Source: Glaucostegus cemiculus (lineage: Eukaryota). From it: a stretch of 64,000 bases of DNA. Below, piece by piece: positions 60,700 through 64,000 of this stretch. A program made the position numbers and the translations under genes. The stretch spans positions 28,520,001 through 28,584,000 of the forward strand of contig CDPCPM010000037.1 of assembly GCA_976551045.1 (NCBI GenBank). Direction: 5' to 3'. How positions within the stretch are numbered: the stretch's first letter is position 1; every line of letters starts with the position of its first letter. A model generated the notes under the pieces. It was not told the DNA's origin. It did not search any database and was given only the letters and a program-made list of their open reading frames with translations.

Positions 60700-63600
60700 A
60701 ATCCAGTGACCTGTGCTCATATTGATCAATGTGCCAGAAGATGACCAGTCCATTTTCCAGGATGACCAGATATGGCAGTGGCTGAAATACTCTTCTTAAC
60801 CACAGCAGGAAGCCACACTCATCCAAAACTGTAGTTACAAGTGAACATTCCAAGTCCAGGTACAGAACTCCTTTGATATGCACTTTGGTCATGGTATTCT
60901 ATCATTTTTAGTGGTTTGTTCTGTATTTTGGTTCTCAACTTTGGTAAGATCTAAACTTGACCTCAGTTTCTTTTCCACAAATAAATCCACAGGAGGCTCT
61001 CCAGCTCTAATGTGGTATCCAAGCAGGAACTGAGATATTTTGGGTTCAGTGCTGCCTCCTTGCATTTCCTTGATTCCTTCTTTGAAAGTCTGAACATATC
61101 ACAAAACAACAAAATTCACGTCATATAAGACAGTGATAATAAACCTGATTCTGATTCTGATCCATTGGAGGAAGGATTAAATGGGGCAGATGTTACATAA
61201 GCTGTGGTCTTTCATTTCATGAAATCTTCATATTTCACACTTCATTGTCCAAGGCCAACATTTGGGGCTGTATTTTTGTCTAAGCTTTTCAACTGTAACA
61301 TTGAAGTGTTCATTGGAAAAGGGTCTATCCACTTTGTTTGAATATGAATTATCAGCAGGAGTACTTTTCTTAAGAGAAGTCCAGCATAATCAACATGAAA
61401 TCCACCTGGGCTACTCCCAAGGGTGCATAGGAGCAGAAGCAGATACATTTCTGTTTTCTTGATACGTAGTGCAAAGCTGCACTTCTCATTCAATGTCAGA
61501 GCCTGTTTTTGGCCACCTCATGTATAATATGGTTCACCCTTTCTTCCCTACAATTCCTGAGTGTGCCTGGTGCAGTTGTCCCAGACCTTATGAGGAAATG
61601 ACATCTCTAACTCACCAAACAGCGCAGCTATCCTGTAAACTTAGCTCTAAAATTCAGGAACCCTAACTGTAGTTCTTTTCCTGAAGGCTGGGCTTTTGTG
61701 ACATATTCAGAAACTTACAACAGTAGGATCTTTTGCTGTCCACTGTCTGTTTTGCACAGGAGGACTTGGTCCTGTACTCCTTCATCAATAGTTGTCTCCA
61801 CCACCAGCAGACAGGTGGGACCATCAGTGTTTCCATGGTATTTCCCAGCTTTGAAAATAAAAGTATGTTCAAACGCTCTCAAAGTCAAAGCTGATTTTTG
61901 GACTTGTGGGGAAGCCATTTGAAGCACTGAACAGAAACATCAGGGGGCTGTGATCTGTGTAAATGGTGAAACTACATCCATAAACGTAGTTACATAACCA
62001 CAGCACTCCAATATAATGACTAAACCTTCTGAAAGTACATTTTCTCTGTCGCTGCCATAAACCCCATTGGCTTTTCAGAATCATCATCTATCTAGTGGGA
62101 TAACATAGCACCAAGACTTTATGTTCTTGCATCATAAGATAAGATTAACTGTCTGTTGAGCAGCAGACTAGCACATCAGCAGACTGTAGCAATTCCTGGG
62201 TATATTTAAAAGTCTTCTTTAACTTCAATCCACTTCCACTTCATATCCTTTAACAGCAATTGGTGCACTGGAACCTAGAGCATTGCAAGATTTAGTAAGA
62301 ATTTGCTGTAATAACTTAACAGTTCCAGATCTGTCTTCAGTTCTGTTACATTAGTTGAGGCAGGAGCACTGGTTAATGGCTTTTACCTTCTCTTGAATTC
62401 GACGTAGTCCTTTAGCAACCTCGCAGTGTCACAAGTACTGTTCACTTCTTTCTATATATCAACCTGCCTCTGCCAGCCCACTCAACATTTCTTCCAGATT
62501 GTTCAGGTGTTCATCTCTCCAGGCTCCCCCCTAAGCAGGATACCATCCAGGTGGACAGCAACCCTGGAATGCCCCACAACATGGTTTAGTGAAAGACCAT
62601 AGGTGAAATTCTGAAGGATATTTAGTACTATGTAAACGAGCCCTTGTCTGTGTTGACAATCAAAATTTTCTTCGATCACTTGTCTTACATGACCTGTTAA
62701 AATGCATGACCATATCAAACTTTGCGAGCTGCTTGTCTCTGGACAGAACTACAAATGCGTCTTCTGTTCTATGAATGGGATATTGTTCCAGGGATGAGAC
62801 CTAATTAGCAGCTTGTGATCTCCACACATGCTGATGGATTCATCAAGTTATAACACATAAAATGTGTGCTGCCTTTCAGAGTACCTAACAGGTTCAATTA
62901 CTTTCCCTCTTAAAAGCCAGGCAATTTCTGCCTCTGATTATGGTTTCCTTGGATGAATCCCTGCCTTTGACTTAAAGAACTGTGATGAGGTAGCAGGATT
63001 AACATGAATTTTGGTTTTGATTCCCTTCAATGTGTCCAGTTCATCACTGAAAACCTCTTCATATCTCCCTAGCACCCCTTGTAATGTTCCAGCCTCACCC
63101 ACCGTAACTTAGTGTTCCTCCAATCCAGGGAAATTTCTTTCAGCCAGCCTTTTCCCAACAGGTCTTGACCCGAAAAGTCAACTATTTATCTCCCCCCCAT
63201 AGATGCTGCCTGACCTGCTGAGTTCCTCCAGCATTTTGTGTGTGTTGCTTCAGATTCCAGCATCTGCAGAATCTCTTGTGTTTTCCCAACAGGTTTGGTC
63301 TGGAGCCTGCAACAACAACTAGTGGTGTTTTAACCTGTCTTGGGATCATGCTGGCAACTCCAACTACTTCAATGTGTTCACTTATTAGGTTTTCAGATTT
63401 ATCTGGAACTTTTCCAAGTTCAGACGTAGCCTTTCTCAGCCATTTCATACAATCATAGCATCATAGAGAGAGAGGTACTGCACAGAAACAGCCCATCGAG
63501 TCCACACCAACCATCAATCACCCACTGACACTGGTCTTACATTAATATTTTTTATTCTCCCCACATTCTCACCAACTCCCCCCAGATTCTCCCCAATCAC

Positions 63601-64000
63601 ACATGAGGGACAATTTACAGTGGCCAATTAACCTACCAATCCGTACGTCTTCGGCATGTGGGAGGAAACCGGAGAACCTGGAGAAAAACCATATGGTCAC
63701 AGAGAGAACGTGCAACCTCCATGCAGATCGCACCTGAGGTCAGAATTGAACCCAGGTCTTCAGTACTGCAAGGCAGAAGATCTACTTTCTATGTCACTGT
63801 GCCAGAGTCTGGTTTGTCAGTGTAGAAAATGGTGTCAAACTCGATGTCCCTTCTCTGTCATTCACCTGCATGAGTACAATTAGTGGTTCTGCTTTTTCTC
63901 CCTTTCATTACATGTGGTGAACACTACCTCCGTAATACCATCTTCACATGGTGAGAATAGTAGAAACTTCATAAACTTTAAGCATCTTCCTTTAATTCCT
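60700..64000 (-). mobile_element. Decayed Ty3/Gypsy LTR-retrotransposon pol (PR-RT-RH-INT), continuing past the window end
   Basis: Minus ORF remnants in Gypsy order: protease-end PLVVVAGSRPNLLG (~63290-63340), RT VAVHLDGILL (YLDD-like, ~62540), RNase H YVYGCSFTIYTDHSPL (~61950) and ALTLRAFEHTFIFKAGKYHGNTD, integrase FHVDYAG...TKWID (~61330-61410), C-terminal PLPYLVILENG..WHIDQ (~60720-60780). Confidence 0.88.
63164..63280 (+). mobile_element. Penelope-like terminal fragment inserted in the Gypsy protease region, 14-bp TSD
   Basis: ttttcccaacaggt duplicated at 63150-63163 and 63281-63294. Confidence 0.85.

Overview
This is eukaryotic, vertebrate DNA, most likely from a cartilaginous fish (elasmobranch, probably a ray, skate or sawfish). 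That call rests on the repeat inventory: CR1/HER1-like LINE 3' fragments, HE1-like tRNA/V-domain SINEs, Rex1/Babar LINE fragments, short Penelope-like termini, Deu-domain SINEs, L2/RTE relics, a Tigger-like MITE, a solo LTR and a decayed Gypsy pol region at the right end. The window looks intergenic or deep-intronic. I recognise no host protein-coding exon, rRNA, true tRNA or CRISPR array. Every ORF with a recognisable product is a retroelement fragment. There is one 229-N assembly gap (17970-18198). The best leads not explained by simple repeat naming are: (i) a ~170-nt near-palindromic hairpin at 6005-6175; (ii) minimal hammerhead-ribozyme cores in the Penelope-like termini; (iii) a 79-bp, 97%-identical inverted copy of an LTR end sitting inside a CR1 tail 23 kb away; (iv) one SINE head/body joined to two different LINE-like tails; (v) several repeat-poor islands with candidate regulatory motifs. 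Repeat family names come from pattern recall, not database searches, and boundaries are approximate. I found no convincing novel multi-gene system.
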